A stretch of 64,000 bases of DNA, taken from positions 1 to 64,000 of IMG/VR virus record IMGVR_UViG_3300027573_000779; one strand, 5' to 3'. Positions within the stretch are counted from its first letter, which is position 1; every line of letters starts with the position of its first letter. A program made the translations under genes and the position numbers. Positions 61,471 through 64,000 of this stretch are shown here, piece by piece. The notes under the pieces are model-generated. The model was given only the letters and a program-made list of their open reading frames with translations, was not told where the DNA came from and did no database searches.

Positions 61471-62586
61471 ATGGCTCCAAAAAAACAAGAACAAAAACAA
61501 GAAGAACAAATCGATTCAGTAGATAGGGTATTTGCTGAACTTCAAAAAGAAAAAAAAATTTATGGCACTAGGGCAGGAAATGAAATTGTCGCGCAAGAAG
61601 TGATTTCAACTGGGAGTTTTATTTTTGATGAAATTCTTGGGGGCGGTTTTAGGGATTCGGGATGGTCAAGGTTTTATTCTCCTGAAGAATGTGGCAAGAG
61701 CAGTTCTGCGCTTTGTTGGGGTAGAAACTGGCAACAAAAATATCCCGAAGGAGGTTTTGTAATTTATTACAACGCCGAAGGACGTGTTACCAAAGAACTG
61801 ATTGATAGGACCGGAATTGATACAGATTCATCAAAGTTTAGAGTTATAGATACAAATAATTTTGAGGCTATTTTTACAGCCACAGAAAAATTAATTCTAG
61901 AGAATAAAGAAAAACGCAAGTATTTTTTTATCGTTGATTCAACTGATGCGTGTGAACGGGAATTAGATAAAGGTAAAGAATTTGGTGATGCAGATAAAAT
62001 TGCTGGAGGCGCGGCGTTAGTAAGCGCGGCAGGAAAGAGGCTAAGTCTTCTTTTTAATGTTACCGGACATCACCTTTTCCTTTGTTCTCAGGTTAGAGAT
62101 AAGATGGCTAAAGGGCCAATGGCACAAGCGGGAGGAAAAACAGCTAGCGGAGGCAACGCTCCAAAGTTTTATAGTTCGCTTATTTGCGAGATTAAAAGAC
62201 CTTGGTCAGACAGATGGATTTACGAAAATCCTTCAGACAAAGACAGTAAAATTATTGGTAGAATGGTAGAAATCAAACTTGATAAAACGCCAAATGAAAA
62301 AACAGGAGTTACCGTTATGTATCCTGTTAAATATGGGCTGAAGGGTGGCGTTTGGCGTGCCCATGAAGCCATGACTGTTGCTCAAAGCTGTGACATAGTT
62401 AAACAAGCTAAGGCTTGGTATAACATTGAAGAATCATTTTTCGAAGATATGAAAACCAAAGGGATTAAGCTTGATTCTGATAAATTTCAAGGGGAACGGG
62501 CGCTTAGAGATTGTTTTGATACCAATCCAGATTTAGTGGAATATGTTTTAACTCAAGGGAAGATAATCTGGCAGGCCAAAAAATGA
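61471..62586 (+). CDS. RecA/UvsX-like recombinase
   Basis: ISTGSFIFDEILGGG, SPEECGKSS, NAEG, IVDS, SQVR, GGNAPKFYSS. Confidence 0.9.
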   Translation: MAPKKQEQKQEEQIDSVDRVFAELQKEKKIYGTRAGNEIVAQEVISTGSFIFDEILGGGFRDSGWSRFYSPEECGKSSSALCWGRNWQQKYPEGGFVIYYNAEGRVTKELIDRTGIDTDSSKFRVIDTNNFEAIFTATEKLILENKEKRKYFFIVDSTDACERELDKGKEFGDADKIAGGAALVSAAGKRLSLLFNVTGHHLFLCSQVRDKMAKGPMAQAGGKTASGGNAPKFYSSLICEIKRPWSDRWIYENPSDKDSKIIGRMVEIKLDKTPNEKTGVTVMYPVKYGLKGGVWRAHEAMTVAQSCDIVKQAKAWYNIEESFFEDMKTKGIKLDSDKFQGERALRDCFDTNPDLVEYVLTQGKIIWQAKK

Positions 62587-62996
62587 GGCTTTTTAATGTT
62601 AAAGGAAAACTAGTCTATTTAAATGTTAAAAAGTATTTGATAGATTGGGACTCTGCCAGCAGGTCAAAACTGCAAACCAGAGTTAAAAAGTTCCTTAAAC
62701 CGTTTTGGGAAAAACACTTATGTTATGAAGAGTTTCCCGTATATGGCAGTAGATTAAAAGTGGATTTTCTTAATGCTACTAAACGTATAGCCGTAGAGGT
62801 TCAGGGCGTTCAACATGATAACTTTAATGAGTTCTTTCATAAAAACCGGCTTAATTATTTTTTTTCAATTAAGCGCGATGTTAAGAAACTTAACTGGTTG
62901 GAAACGAACAAATTTAAAGTTTTAGAATTTACAGAGGAAGACGTTGAACAATTAACTTATGATTTTGTTTTGCAGAAGTTTGAAATTTATTTATGA
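62583..62996 (+). CDS. Vsr/DUF559-like PD-(D/E)xK endonuclease
   Basis: EEFPV...VDF...IAVEVQGVQH...RD...K. Confidence 0.75.
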   Translation: MRLFNVKGKLVYLNVKKYLIDWDSASRSKLQTRVKKFLKPFWEKHLCYEEFPVYGSRLKVDFLNATKRIAVEVQGVQHDNFNEFFHKNRLNYFFSIKRDVKKLNWLETNKFKVLEFTEEDVEQLTYDFVLQKFEIYL

Positions 62997-64000
62997 CAAC
63001 AGACGAAGGAAAAGAAACAACACCCTTATATTCGATAAGGATAGAAAAACATGTATTAGGCGGGTTAATTAAAAACCCAAAATCGTTAGTAGACATTACC
63101 GGCTTTGTTAAAAGCAGTGATTTTTTTGTTAAACCACACCAAGTTATTTTTGGTGTTTTGGAAAATTTAATTCTAACTAACACCCAGTTCGATGAAGTTA
63201 CACTCGCTCAAAGGATTAATGATTTGGGCGTTAAGTTTAAAGATAATATTAACATCTTTGATTACATTCAAACACTCGCATTTACTCAAATTACTCCCAA
63301 TGGCACCCTAAAGGCCGCTAAAGAGTTAATAAAGCTTCGAATCAAAAGAGAGATTTGTGCTACCGCTGATTCAATCAAAAACTATCTTCACGACACTCAA
63401 GAAGAAGATATTGATAAGATAATTGCTGAAGCTGACGCTATTTATAACAGAAACATTACAAGTTACAGTCTTCAGGATGAGCCGGTAGATGTATTTGAAG
63501 GTCTGGCTGACCTAATCGAAGAGAGGGGAAATTCTCCTATAGATGAAATCGGTTATCCTACTTTGTATCCAGAGTTTAACAGGCTTTTTGGAGGAGTGAG
63601 GCCGGGAAATATTTATGCAATAGTTGCAAGGCCGGGACAAGCAAAGTCAACTATGATAAGCGATATGTGTTATGGCATAGCCAAACTAACACGTTTTAAA
63701 ATTCCGGTTTTAATTCTAGATACTGAAATGAACACGACAGATGTTCGTTTTAGATTAGCTTCATCTATCACAGGGGTACCATTTTGGCATTTAGAAACAG
63801 GTAATTGGCGCAAGAACACAGAAATGTTTCAAAAGGTAAGGACAGTTCTAAAAGACCTAGAAGCGTTTAACTTTTTTCACTATCAAGTAGCTAATAAAAA
63901 CATTGATGAAATTGTTTCAATTATTAGACGTTGGTATTATTTAAAGGTTGGAAGAGGCAATAGATGTATTGTTGCTTATGATTACATTAAACTAACAGGG
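62993..64000 (+). CDS. dnaB: DnaB-like replicative helicase (truncated at the window end; not in the ORF track)
   Basis: Manual translation MTTDEGKETTPLYSIRIEKHVLGGL...ARPGQAKST...LDTEM...YDYIK. Confidence 0.92.
   Translation, partial: MTTDEGKETTPLYSIRIEKHVLGGLIKNPKSLVDITGFVKSSDFFVKPHQVIFGVLENLILTNTQFDEVTLAQRINDLGVKFKDNINIFDYIQTLAFTQITPNGTLKAAKELIKLRIKREICATADSIKNYLHDTQEEDIDKIIAEADAIYNRNITSYSLQDEPVDVFEGLADLIEERGNSPIDEIGYPTLYPEFNRLFGGVRPGNIYAIVARPGQAKSTMISDMCYGIAKLTRFKIPVLILDTEMNTTDVRFRLASSITGVPFWHLETGNWRKNTEMFQKVRTVLKDLEAFNFFHYQVANKNIDEIVSIIRRWYYLKVGRGNRCIVAYDYIKLTG

Noticed and set aside
1299-63183. Numerous short opposite-strand ORFs in the track (e.g. 1299, 2760, 2954, 9872, 12031, 19226, 25149, 38609, 40136, 62929)
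   Set aside because: They overlap well-supported genes or tRNAs on the other strand and have no motifs.
1-64000. Stop-codon reassignment
   Set aside because: Recognisable enzymes translate intact in code 11 and end in TAA, TAG or TGA; no suppressor anticodon (CUA/UCA/UUA) was found.
1-64000. CRISPR array
   Set aside because: No run of three or more identical repeats with unique spacers; the repeats seen are pairs with covarying stems.

Overview
This window looks like 64 kb of a large AT-rich dsDNA bacteriophage genome. The host is probably Gram-negative and possibly Verrucomicrobia/PVC-like, inferred from a beta-barrel gene and FN3/Ig secreted proteins. Genes run on the minus strand to about 36.3 kb and on the plus strand afterwards. 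The left arm holds secreted proteins (S8 subtilase, FN3 protein), an Rnl1-like RNA ligase, a TROVE/Ro-like-TerD protein, an HNH nuclease, a J-kinase/vWA/PurA-like module, and tRNA/nucleotide enzymes (TrmH, ThyA, Thg1-like, GGQ release-factor-like, dCMP deaminase, dUTPase). The right arm holds a dNMP kinase, a sigma factor, an intein-containing class II RNR, a roughly 19-gene NDP-sugar/glycosyltransferase cluster, RecA/UvsX and DnaB. The most striking content is RNA that the ORF track does not show. Nine hand-folded tRNAs all replace the near-universal G18/U55 elbow pair with A18/G55, and some also show compensatory U19-A56 and A54-U58 swaps. A tenth, Ser-like tRNA also has G55. A 157-nt tRNA-like RNA carries alanine identity (G3.U70, A73) and a roughly 90-nt insert in place of the anticodon arm. 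It sits in a locus with the Ro-like gene, twin Y-like hairpins and a stand-alone AlaRS fragment. There is also a GOLLD-like giant RNA and several unnamed structured RNAs. All RNA calls are manual folds and all protein calls are motif recognition; no database searches were run.
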